Assembly: GCA_963766645.1 (NCBI GenBank)
Contig: CAVYAY010000001.1
Coordinates: 531,020-595,019, forward strand
Direction of reading: 5' to 3'
Source of the DNA: an uncultured Chloroflexia bacterium
GTDB lineage: Bacteria; Chloroflexota; Dehalococcoidia; DSTF01; WHTK01
Length of the DNA stretch: 64,000 nucleotides
Within the stretch, counting starts at the first letter, position 1. Each line of letters begins with the position of its first letter. A program made the position numbers and the translations under genes. Positions 45,961-54,308 of the stretch are shown here, piece after piece. The notes beneath the pieces were generated by a model. It was not told the DNA's origin, did no database searches, and saw only the letters and a list, made by a program, of their open reading frames with translations.

Positions 45961-48015
45961 CTAGAACAACCACGGCGTCGTCGTGTTCACGATTTCCTCA
46001 AACGTCATGATGCAATCGACGCCCGAGATCGTCGTGATGATCTGCGTCGTCCCGGTCGCGCTCGTGAAGTCCTCCGACCAGACGAGCTCCTTGTGATAGT
46101 GGATCCCGCCCTGGAACCGATCTCCGACCAGTGTCCGGGACTGGATGTCCAGCGTCCCGTTGAAGCCCCCGGCGGTCATGATCGTGGCTTGCGTCGCCGA
46201 AATCCTCGTCATCGTCCAGGAACCAACGTTGTTGAACACAGTCCCAATTGGCGGGTTGTTGTCGATGAAGACCTGTAGACACGCGAAGTAGGATTTCAAC
46301 GTGTTCGTCGAAGTCGTCTCAATCGTCTGTATCGTAGGTGGAACTGTAGTGGGCGGCACTGGCGCCTCCGTCGGTGGCAGGGTCACGGTCGTCGGCTCCT
46401 CCGTCGGCGGCACGATGGCAGGCGGTTCGGTCGGTGGTTGTGCCACCGCCGGCGTCGCGGTCGGTGGCAGCGCAACCGCGGGCAGCGTTGGGCCCGGCGT
46501 CGCGACCACCGCGGTAGGCTGATCGCTGATGCTGCTGCCTCCACCCCCGCCAAATACGATGAGGGTCGTAATGACCGTCACGATCAACCCCGTGAGGATG
46601 CCGATGGGAATCCACGACGGTGGCTTCCAGCCGAACGGTAACCACGGTCTGCCACCACCCCCACCGTCTTCCGGCGTCCACGGCACGAACACCTTGCCCG
46701 GCCTCCCTCGCACGATTTGCCCGCCGCCGACGCCGTAGCGGTCCGCCGGCAGCAGCGCATTCGAGACCTCGATGTCGTCGAAGAAACCCGGCTCGCCGGC
46801 CTGGAAGTGATCTCGCAGGATTCGCCCCGAAGGTGTCTCCAGGTAGGACTGCAGCAGGTCATCGAGCTCCCCCAGCCTGACCAGGTTCGCGAACGTCTCC
46901 AAATACACTTCCGGGACGCTGACGACCGCCGATCGATCGCCGCCGGTGATGCGATAGGCAACGTAAGCCCAGGTCGCCGAGACCGGCTCCAGCGAGAACC
47001 CGCCGCGCGAAATCGACCCCACGCCCGCGAAGCCGCTGCCAGTCGGCAGGTGCCCATTCCTGCTCACCGCGTGCAGGTCGCGCAGCTCAGACGGCAGGGG
47101 CAGCCGCCCTGCAACGAGGTCGTCGGCAACAGCGAGATCGGCCTTGGCCCCGGCGCCCTTCAGCGCCTCGCGCGCAATCTGCCAGGACGACTCGAGCTGC
47201 TCCTGCGCCGTAATCGTGTCGTGGCGCGACCGCAGCAGCGCATCCCGCCCCGCCGCGTAAAGGTCCGGCCCGAAGGCGTTGCGGTCGACGTACCAGCCGT
47301 ATCGCTGGCGCCCCGGCTCAACCGCGACGTCCAGGATCGGTGGGAGGGTTGACGTCTCGCCCCGCAGCCGCTGCTCCAGCGCAAGCACACTGCCCGCCGC
47401 GTACGCCGCCGCCGCCCGCAGGCGAAGGCCGTCGACGAACTCGCCGCAGAGTTCCGCTCGCCCCGGCCGCGGCCGGAACAGCATTCCCGGCGAGTCCGTA
47501 TTGTCCATCAGCAGCATCAGGCCCGGCGCGAACGTCCGTGTGTAGAGATTGCAGAGCGCATCATTAAGAGAGGGGTCCGTCTCCACCGAGATATGCGTCG
47601 ACCCTGCCTCCAGCGTCATCGACGCCGGCGTGATCTCATCCAGCTCCGCCCGTCCGCCGGCCGCCCAACCCTCGAGCGCACCCGTGAAGCCCCGCACCAG
47701 CCGCTCCGGCGGCGACGCCACCTCGGCGACGATGCCGTCCGCCATCAACCCGAGACCGCTGCGCGTCAGGTAGAAATCGGGGTTGGTCGGATGCAGCCGA
47801 AGGCCGTCGACACCAACCTTGTGGATGACCTCACGAAAATCGATCTGCTGGTCACCTTCGAAAACCGCGTACTCATGCTCCAGGCCGATACGCCGCCCCT
47901 GCGGCACGTGATTCGCCGCCGTCAGGCGCTGCGCCAGCAGCTCGTCCAGCTGCTCAATCGCGCTGTTCAGACGACGATCCTGCGGCCACGATAGCGCTGG
48001 AATCCCGATCTGCAC
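45961..48015 (-). CDS. Hypothetical membrane protein: N-terminal carboxylate-amine-ligase-like region (weak), one TM helix, Pro/Thr linker, C-terminal extracytoplasmic domain
   Basis: 684 aa with a GTG start. RIGLEHEYAVF and ADGIVAEVASPPE resemble GCS2/GS-type ligase motifs (weak). TM helix WIPIGILTGLIVTVITTLIVFGG, followed by PT-rich TLPPTEAPVPPTTVPPT. Confidence 0.5.
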   Translation of the reverse strand: MQIGIPALSWPQDRRLNSAIEQLDELLAQRLTAANHVPQGRRIGLEHEYAVFEGDQQIDFREVIHKVGVDGLRLHPTNPDFYLTRSGLGLMADGIVAEVASPPERLVRGFTGALEGWAAGGRAELDEITPASMTLEAGSTHISVETDPSLNDALCNLYTRTFAPGLMLLMDNTDSPGMLFRPRPGRAELCGEFVDGLRLRAAAAYAAGSVLALEQRLRGETSTLPPILDVAVEPGRQRYGWYVDRNAFGPDLYAAGRDALLRSRHDTITAQEQLESSWQIAREALKGAGAKADLAVADDLVAGRLPLPSELRDLHAVSRNGHLPTGSGFAGVGSISRGGFSLEPVSATWAYVAYRITGGDRSAVVSVPEVYLETFANLVRLGELDDLLQSYLETPSGRILRDHFQAGEPGFFDDIEVSNALLPADRYGVGGGQIVRGRPGKVFVPWTPEDGGGGGRPWLPFGWKPPSWIPIGILTGLIVTVITTLIVFGGGGGSSISDQPTAVVATPGPTLPAVALPPTATPAVAQPPTEPPAIVPPTEEPTTVTLPPTEAPVPPTTVPPTIQTIETTSTNTLKSYFACLQVFIDNNPPIGTVFNNVGSWTMTRISATQATIMTAGGFNGTLDIQSRTLVGDRFQGGIHYHKELVWSEDFTSATGTTQIITTISGVDCIMTFEEIVNTTTPWLF

Positions 48016-48028
48016 TGCTGTTGGGTTG

Positions 48029-48715
48029 CTACTGGTTCACGGGTGTTTGGTCCCCGTTTCCTTTTTCCAGGCCGTAAATCAGCGGCCGCACCGCTCCCGT
48101 CTGCCCGGCCGGGTTGTAGCCCGCCAGGACGATCGAGCCGGCGGAAACCGGGCGCTGCCCGCTGCCGCCCGCACCGCCACTGGGCTCTTCTGGCACAAAG
48201 TTCGGGTCGGGGTCCATGAAACTCAGAGCGGAAACATGCTGCCCGGAGCTGTCGACGATCGCTGGTTCCAGTACTCCCGAGCTATCGGACGGCGCTTCGG
48301 AACCAGTTTCCGCGCTGGTCTCAGGCCCGACCTCGAGTTTCGGGCTCGCGTCAAAATTGACCGCCGGTGGAATCGATAAGGGGCCTGGGCCAGCCCCCGT
48401 CTGTCCTTCCAACGGCGAAGCCGTTCCGGTCTCAGGACCGACCTCGAGTCTTGGACTGTCGGCAAACATGACGTCCGGCGGAATCGTCAGGGAGGTCGGT
48501 TCCGCGCCGTCTGGCCAGTCCGTGCCTGTTTGCGGGTCGACATCAAGTTTCGGACTCGCGGTGAAGCTGACGTCCGGCGGAATCGACAAGGGTTCCGAAC
48601 CGTGCTGCTCCTCTTCAGCCGCCAACTCCTCGAGCACGCGCTGCTCTTCCGCCGCCTGACGCGCCCGCTCCGCTGCCCGCTCAGCCGCTCCCGGGTCTTC
48701 CGGTTCGCTCGTCAC
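48029..48715 (-). CDS. Hypothetical acidic/disordered protein with 3 x ~35-aa tandem repeats and a C-terminal PLIYGLEKGN motif (B3)
   Basis: Repeats L(S/T)IPP(D/A)V.F.(A/D)SP(K/R)L(D/E)V(D/G)P(Q/E)T. The ~105-nt DNA periodicity is visible across 48330-48600. The protein ends RPLIYGLEKGNGDQTPVNQ. GTGA overlap with B2. Confidence 0.55.
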   Translation of the reverse strand: MTSEPEDPGAAERAAERARQAAEEQRVLEELAAEEEQHGSEPLSIPPDVSFTASPKLDVDPQTGTDWPDGAEPTSLTIPPDVMFADSPRLEVGPETGTASPLEGQTGAGPGPLSIPPAVNFDASPKLEVGPETSAETGSEAPSDSSGVLEPAIVDSSGQHVSALSFMDPDPNFVPEEPSGGAGGSGQRPVSAGSIVLAGYNPAGQTGAVRPLIYGLEKGNGDQTPVNQ

Positions 48716-49194
48716 GCGAAACCACCACCCATCGCGCCACCCGCACCGGTGCCCGTGCCGGGGGGTTGGCCCGTGTCCTGGTTGCCTTTCTCGATGCCGA
48801 AGATCAGCGGTTGCGGCGCCGCACCACTGCTCGGTGGTGTCAGGCCGCTGCTCGGTGGGGAATCGCCGGTACCTGGGCGCTCCTGCGCAGGTGGCGAGCC
48901 GGTTTGCGGGCGTGGCGGCTGCGATGACTCCGGAGCCGTCGGCGCCGATCCGGTTTGCGGACGTGGTTGAGATGGCTCCGCGGCTGCCGGTGCCGCAGGA
49001 GGTGCGCCTCCGCCGGTACGTGGGCGAGAAACTGCCTCGCGCCAGCGCACCCGGTCTGGGTTCCTCTCGTCCATTTGTTTCTCGCGGGCGGCTCGTCGCG
49101 CGTCGCCGCCGGGGAAAAGGTCAGTGAACCGATTCCAGACGCGGACGAGAAGAGACCGGTCATCATAAAAACTCGGATACTCGCTAGCCATCAC
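48712..49194 (-). CDS. Hypothetical Pro-rich protein with a PLIFGIEKGN motif (B2)
   Basis: 160 aa, ending ...APQPLIFGIEKGNQDTGQPPGTGTGAGGAMGGGFA. Confidence 0.5.
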   Translation of the reverse strand: MMASEYPSFYDDRSLLVRVWNRFTDLFPGGDARRAAREKQMDERNPDRVRWREAVSRPRTGGGAPPAAPAAAEPSQPRPQTGSAPTAPESSQPPRPQTGSPPAQERPGTGDSPPSSGLTPPSSGAAPQPLIFGIEKGNQDTGQPPGTGTGAGGAMGGGFA

Positions 49195-49239
49195 TCGCCC
49201 CGATTCGCTGCATATGCTCGCGGAGGCAACGAAGCCACC

Positions 49240-50382
49240 TCACGCATTGATGATGCCTGTATTGCCTTTTTCCAGTCCCAGGATTGCCGGGGGCCTGGGC
49301 GGCTCGTCCCCTGTCCTCGGTTGTGGCGACGTACCCTGACCCTGCTGGCCTTCAGACCCGGACCCGCTTGGCTGGCCGCCCTGCCCCGCTCCCGGACCGC
49401 CACCTCCAGCCGAGCTGCCTCCGCCGGCGCCACCCTGGCCACCGGGAGGAGCCGGCGGGCCGCCCGAGCCTTGCGGCACGGGGACCACAGGCGACGCCGT
49501 CAGAGGAGCTTCACCACTTCCACCACCGCTAAGCCCGCTGCCGCCGCCACCAGACGAAGCCGACTTCAGGTTGAATTCGTCATACAACCGATCCAAATAA
49601 TCGTCGTCGTCGGCGCGGACCCCTCCTGCCGCCATGCGATGCCGAAACGCTTCAAGGGCGTTCATGAACTCCAGGTAGCCCGGATCGCCGGGAGTAAGCC
49701 CTTGCTCGGCCGCAATAGATCGATGGAGAGTCTCGGCGTACTCTTGCTGGCCTTCGGGTGTTGCAAGGCGCTCCGCCTGTTCGCGGGTAACCCGGTCCGC
49801 GAATGTCTCGCCGCCCCCTTCCTCCTGCCCCGCTTGCTCGTCCGCTTCGACTCCACCACCGCTGCCTACGGCCCCCGCCGCTTCGGCTGCCTTTGCGTCG
49901 CGGTATGTCTTGGTGGCACGGCCGTCTGCTCGAGGCCCAAGAGTTGGCGGCGTCAGGCTGCCGGATTGTTTAAGTTGACCCTCAACCCACTCATCTCGCC
50001 CGCCGCTTTCGAGCCACTCCTGGTTTCGCTGTTCCGACTGAGCCCTCTCAGCTTCATTGGCCTGAACTGTGAAGCCAAATCCTGAGCCCCCGCCTATGGT
50101 TGAACCCCAATCGAGAGTGTGCGGACCATCACTGAGTTCTGGGACCACGGCCTCCCACACGCGGCCATCGCCGTGGTAGCGGACCGGGACTTCTATCGCG
50201 TTCGGGGTATCAGAATCAATGGTTACCGTCACGATTCCACCCGGTGGTGCTATCCCGCCGATACGTGGAGTCGCTTCGTTCGTAACTTCCTCCGTGCCTT
50301 GCTGCCTGAGAACTAGGTCGGAGAAGGATTCGGTAAAGATCGGGACATCATCTGCGCTCGGTACTTCGTCAGGCATTTCCAC
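49240..50382 (-). CDS. Hypothetical protein with a Gly/Pro-rich tail and an AILGLEKGN motif (B1)
   Basis: 380 aa, ending ...DEPPRPPAILGLEKGNTGIINA. Confidence 0.5.
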   Translation of the reverse strand: MEMPDEVPSADDVPIFTESFSDLVLRQQGTEEVTNEATPRIGGIAPPGGIVTVTIDSDTPNAIEVPVRYHGDGRVWEAVVPELSDGPHTLDWGSTIGGGSGFGFTVQANEAERAQSEQRNQEWLESGGRDEWVEGQLKQSGSLTPPTLGPRADGRATKTYRDAKAAEAAGAVGSGGGVEADEQAGQEEGGGETFADRVTREQAERLATPEGQQEYAETLHRSIAAEQGLTPGDPGYLEFMNALEAFRHRMAAGGVRADDDDYLDRLYDEFNLKSASSGGGGSGLSGGGSGEAPLTASPVVPVPQGSGGPPAPPGGQGGAGGGSSAGGGGPGAGQGGQPSGSGSEGQQGQGTSPQPRTGDEPPRPPAILGLEKGNTGIINA

Positions 50383-50733
50383 CTCTTGGCGCGATTCACT
50401 GCCAGGCAGCGGGAAGCCTGCTCATGACCGGGGTTTCGAGAATATAATGCCGCCGGATATATTATTCCAGCCTCCCGCGCCCGAGTACCCCGAGGTGAGT
50501 CGACGAACCGCCCCCGCGCAGCGAAAGAGCGACCATGACTAGCGACGACGCCTCGGTAAACGGGATCCTTCACCAGCTGTCTGCCTTTGGCGGCTCCGGC
50601 GACCTCGCAGGTCTGTGGCGCGACTACATGCAAGCCCGCACCTCGCTCTGGCCCTCCCTGTCCGAGGCCCAGCAGAACCAGAATCACCGCCCGTTTCCGA
50701 GAAGTCGCGTTTGGCATCACCGGCGTCTCTTCG

Positions 50734-52026
50734 ATGGAAGAGCTGCGGCCCCTGCTCACGGCGGCGTCCGCGGCCCCGGGCACGCCCGAAGCCTTACAGC
50801 CCCCGGAACCCGGATCGCAGCCAGCTGAAGACACGCCTGCTCCCGCTGCCCAACCCGAGTCGGTCGTACCGCCCCCGGCGAGTCCACCCGCGGCCTCCGC
50901 TCCCCGCTCGTCTCGCGGCCTGCCGAAAGGCCTGATCATCGCCGGCGCCGGCATCCTTGGCCTGGTCGTCCTCGGCGTCATCGCCGTCGTCGCGTTCGGT
51001 GGCGATAGCAAGGACGACCCTCAGGACGCCAGCCAGGCCGCCGCCGCGACGTCCACCCGCCCGGCAGCGACCCGCCCGGCCCCAACGCCGACATCTCAGC
51101 CGTCCCCGACCCCAGAGCCCGAACTCCTGCTGGTAGCCGCCGGCGACGTCGAAGGCTCTTTTCAGCACGTCGTCGCCGTGATCACCGGCGACTGCTCGCC
51201 GCTTCAGCTCGCCAGCGGGCCTGTACAGATCGGCAGCGTCATCCCCGGCGCGGGGACATGGGGCCTCGGCGCGCTCGACCCCGCAACCGGCCTCGTCGAG
51301 CTCCATACCGCGGACGGCCTCGCCGGCCGGCTCAACCCGGACGACCTCAGCTTCGAAGTAGCAACCGCCGACAACGCGCGTTCCGGCAACGGCACGTTCA
51401 GCCAGGACGGCGCCTCCTTCACTGGCAAGTCGTTCCTCAGTCCCGCCCCCGGCTGCTCGCTGGAGCTCGACTCCACCGCCACCTTCGCCTCGCCGCTGTT
51501 CCGCTTCGAAGCCCAGCAGGCTTCCGCCGTCCCGGCAGCCACACTCGCTGGCCCGGCTCCGGCAGCAACTGCAGTGGCGACAACGGCCCCCGCGGCGCCC
51601 ACCCAGCCTCCAGTGCCGACCGCCCCACCCACGCCAACCCAGCCTCCGCTACCGGACATCCCTGCTCTGATCCAGGCCGCCGTCACCGGCGAATACACCC
51701 AGGCCATCCGCAGCGGCAACAGCGCCTACCTGCTTTCCCACCTCGACCCGATCGCAACGTCCTTCTACGGTCAGCAGGCCTGCACTTCTTACCTGCCGAC
51801 CATCAGCGCTGACCCCACCTTCACAATTCAAATCAACGGGATCACCGGACCCGCGTCGTGGACCTGGATGATCTACGGCGAGACAGTAGGGACGATCCCG
51901 GACGCCTACACCTTGCAGGTCACGCTCACGCAACGCGGGAACACCGTGAACGCGTCAGTCCACTTCGCCTGGAACAGCGCTTCCCAGCAGCTACGGGTTT
52001 ACTCGCCCTGCCACCCGGCGCCCTGA
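50734..52026 (+). CDS. Hypothetical single-pass membrane protein with Pro/Ala/Thr-rich linkers and two extracytoplasmic domains
   Basis: Start trimmed to MEELRPLL (ATG 50734). TM helix GLIIAGAGILGLVVLGVIAVVAFGG. Transcribed divergently from B1. Confidence 0.5.
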   Translation: MEELRPLLTAASAAPGTPEALQPPEPGSQPAEDTPAPAAQPESVVPPPASPPAASAPRSSRGLPKGLIIAGAGILGLVVLGVIAVVAFGGDSKDDPQDASQAAAATSTRPAATRPAPTPTSQPSPTPEPELLLVAAGDVEGSFQHVVAVITGDCSPLQLASGPVQIGSVIPGAGTWGLGALDPATGLVELHTADGLAGRLNPDDLSFEVATADNARSGNGTFSQDGASFTGKSFLSPAPGCSLELDSTATFASPLFRFEAQQASAVPAATLAGPAPAATAVATTAPAAPTQPPVPTAPPTPTQPPLPDIPALIQAAVTGEYTQAIRSGNSAYLLSHLDPIATSFYGQQACTSYLPTISADPTFTIQINGITGPASWTWMIYGETVGTIPDAYTLQVTLTQRGNTVNASVHFAWNSASQQLRVYSPCHPAP

Positions 52027-52060
52027 GGCAATCGATTCGTGGCCCGCGACAATTAGACGC

Positions 52061-52098
52061 CCCCGCTACCCCTTCTTCGCAAAGCTGGGGTAGCGGGG
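52061..52098 (+). terminator. 12-bp perfect hairpin 35 nt after the stop at 52026; also forms the left end of repeat copy B
   Basis: ccccgctacccc-(14 nt)-ggggtagcgggg. There is no T-tract, so a terminator function is uncertain. Confidence 0.35.
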
Positions 52099-52200
52099 GC
52101 GCAGCCCATGCGAGGGGAGCCCGAGGGGTGTCCCTCGGAGGCCCTCCTCTCCTGGGGGTCGGGTAGCAGCAACGCGCTAGCGGCGCGCAGCAAACGCGGC
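52085..52200. repeat. Copy B of the GC-rich intergenic repeat
   Basis: Aligns with 45761..45867 in the same orientation. A partial third unit (ggggtgcaacccctgcggggggaggctgaggggtctcccgcagggc) follows at about 52265..52310. Confidence 0.7.
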
Positions 52201-52418
52201 TTGTCCAGGATTGCGCCCGAGCCCGCGCCACCACCCCCTTCGGCCCCAAGCAGCGGGGTCAATAGGGGTGCAACCCCTGCGGGGGGAGGCTGAGGGGTCT
52301 CCCGCAGGGCTCGAACTAGAAAGAAGGCGGAGCGAACAAGCCCGACCGTAAGGAAGGGCAGGACGCGGAGCTTTCGGCGACCCGCGCGCGCTGCCGCTGG
52401 GGGCTCCACACCGGCAGC

Positions 52419-52778
52419 CTACTGGTCCAGCCGCGCAACCAGCCCCTTCGGCGCCACGCACCGATACGCATCGTCCACTATCAACCCAACCGCGTCCCAG
52501 TCCACCGCAACGTCGAGATACACCCCCAGCCAGCCACGACGCCCCACGTACGGCGGCACGAAATAGCGCTCCGGCTCTGCGCCCACCAGCACGTCCTGGC
52601 CGCCCTCCGGCGCCGCGCACCAGAACGCCAGCCGGTCCGTGTGGTGATACGCCGCGTAGCTGACGAACGTCTTCTTCCCCCGCACGAACCAGGACGGCTC
52701 GCCGTGAGAAATACGTTCCGTCACCTCCGGATACGAAAGGCAAAGCACCCGCAGTCGATCAAGCGGACTGTCAGTCAT
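52419..52778 (-). CDS. MmcQ/YjbR family protein
   Basis: LRVLCLSYPEVTERISHGEPSWFVRGKKTFV...PPYVGRRGWLGVYLD. Start trimmed to MTDSPLD (ATG 52778). Confidence 0.65.
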   Translation of the reverse strand: MTDSPLDRLRVLCLSYPEVTERISHGEPSWFVRGKKTFVSYAAYHHTDRLAFWCAAPEGGQDVLVGAEPERYFVPPYVGRRGWLGVYLDVAVDWDAVGLIVDDAYRCVAPKGLVARLDQ

Positions 52779-52860
52779 CGCCCCACGCCTCAAGCCCTCA
52801 TCACCCGATCGCAGGCCATCTTTAGCTGCCACTGTCGGGCCTCGTCAGGTTCTTGGCAGG

Positions 52861-53220
52861 CTACTTGCTCAATTCAGCGGCGCTCTCAAGGAAGGTGTCC
52901 ATTTGCCTTTCAACCTCTTGACCGAGGGAGACGTTAACAACCCTCATGCTGTCCACCACGATCTGGGCTCTCATCGTGATTCGCAAGAATTCGTCCGACG
53001 CCACCATTGCATCCAGCTTGCTTCGCTCTCCCCGTACAACAACGAATCCGCCGAGGTCGCCGCTGTGCGGTTGCAGGAAGCCTGCCTCGAAATTTTCCAG
53101 GTGGCCTTGCTGAGCCTGACCACCCAGGAACGCCAGCAGTTCCCGAAAGACCCCAGCGGCCTACTGCTCCCTTCGACGAGCAGGAAACCCGAACGCAATA
53201 AAGCCTCCAAAATCGGCCAT
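52861..53220 (-). pseudogene. Hypothetical ~119-codon gene interrupted by an in-frame TAG at 53163..53161
   Basis: GGAGG-N8-ATG at 53220. MADFGGFIAFGFPARRREQ-TAG-AAGVFRELLAFLGGQAQQGHLENFEAGFLQPHSGDLGGFVVVRGERSKLDAMVASDEFLRITMRAQIVVDSMRVVNVSLGQEVERQMDTFLESAAELSK-TAG is all one frame (my own translation). Confidence 0.4.
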
Positions 53221-53319
53221 TTCTATCACCTCCGTTACGCCGTTGGCGCATAGTCCAGTCCATGGCTTCCTGAATGGCGTGATGAGGGACAAAGCGAAAA
53301 CGGAATGCCTGTTGGAGTC

Positions 53320-53466
53320 CTACGCCTTTAGTAGCCCCCGGCGCCCCAGGGCACGCTCGAGAGCAGGCCGCATCTTCATCTCCCGGAACTCGGCGCTGGC
53401 GAAGTCGAAGCGCTCGATGGCGGCGTCGACCAGATCGCTCACAAAGCTTGCGAACTGATCGTGACT
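53320..53466 (-). pseudogene. Remnant of the conserved C-terminal tail of a TPR-regulator paralog
   Basis: My own translation: ...FVSDLVDAAIERFDFASAEFREMKMRPALERALGRRGLLKA-TAG. Compare ...AAIEHLDFAIAEFREMKMQPALERALGRRGLLKA at 54305 and 63620. It is preceded by TGA TGA in frame. Confidence 0.6.
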
Positions 53467-54308
53467 TCATCACCGACCTCAAGTGTCATCAGGTCGTGCC
53501 CCATCTCCAGCGGGCCCTTGTAGGTCGTTCGAGTTCCCTCGATCACCTCACCCTCACACCCCGGTGGCCCGACGATGTGCGAGAACACGGCCAGCCTCGG
53601 ATGAAGCTGGCTGAACAGCTCGCCGGCCTGCTGCGGCGTCGTGTGGTGGTTGATGATTTGCTCCGTCGTTTCAGGAGCCCGATTCGACGTGCGCCGCATC
53701 AGCTCCGGCGCGCACACTTCATGCACGATCAAGTCGGCTTCGGCGGCGTGCTTGATCAGGTTGGGCGAATACCTTGTATCGCCGGACAGGACGACACTTC
53801 GACCCTCGCTGTCGATACGGAACCCCACGGCAGGCGCCACCGGCCCGTGATCTACCACGAAGGCGGTAACCCTCACGCCGTCCTCCTCGTAGACAAGCCC
53901 CTCCTCGAATTCGCTGACGATCGCTTCGATGCCTTCCTGCGGAAAGCGCTCGTCGAGGTCGCGGCGAATGTGAATGTCCGCCTCGTACGCCAGCTCCAGG
54001 TGTCGCATCAAGTTCTCGGTGCCGGCGGGACCCCAAACGCGGAACGGGGTCGTGCGGCCGAAGATCCATCCCGTCAGCCAGAGATCCGGGATTCCGACTA
54101 CGTGATCGGAATGAAGGTGGGTCAGGAACAACCGATCCGCTCGGCTAAACGGGATGTTGAGCTGCATCAAGCGCTGCGCGGCGCCACGCCCGCAGTCGAA
54201 GAGCAGGCACCGCTCGCCGGCTTCCACCAGAATGCTGGGGCCGAAACGGTCCATCCGTGGCGGCGGAGAGCCTGTGCCCAGCAGAGTCACGCGCATCCTC
54301 GCTGTCAT
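53439..54308 (-). CDS. MBL-fold metallo-hydrolase (RNase Z/BN-like)
   Basis: RVTLLGTGSPPP...LLFDCGRGAAQRL...LFLTHLHSDHVVGIPDL. The ATG 54308 start overlaps the upstream TGA as ATGA. The longer N-terminus in the ORF track is an out-of-frame reading of the upstream gene's tail. Confidence 0.8.
   Translation of the reverse strand: MTARMRVTLLGTGSPPPRMDRFGPSILVEAGERCLLFDCGRGAAQRLMQLNIPFSRADRLFLTHLHSDHVVGIPDLWLTGWIFGRTTPFRVWGPAGTENLMRHLELAYEADIHIRRDLDERFPQEGIEAIVSEFEEGLVYEEDGVRVTAFVVDHGPVAPAVGFRIDSEGRSVVLSGDTRYSPNLIKHAAEADLIVHEVCAPELMRRTSNRAPETTEQIINHHTTPQQAGELFSQLHPRLAVFSHIVGPPGCEGEVIEGTRTTYKGPLEMGHDLMTLEVGDEVTISSQAL

Noticed and set aside
48029-50382. The EKGN-motif proteins as Pup-like or ubiquitin-like tags for the ligase-like protein.
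   Set aside because: There is no C-terminal GGQ/GGE, and the motif is internal, 6-24 residues from the end. No PafA/Dop or proteasome genes are present. The ligase similarity is only two short motifs. It is left as an open hypothesis, not a call.
53161-53163. The in-frame TAG as pyrrolysine.
   Set aside because: No pyl genes or methylamine methyltransferase context are present. It is a single occurrence in a window full of other frame disruptions.
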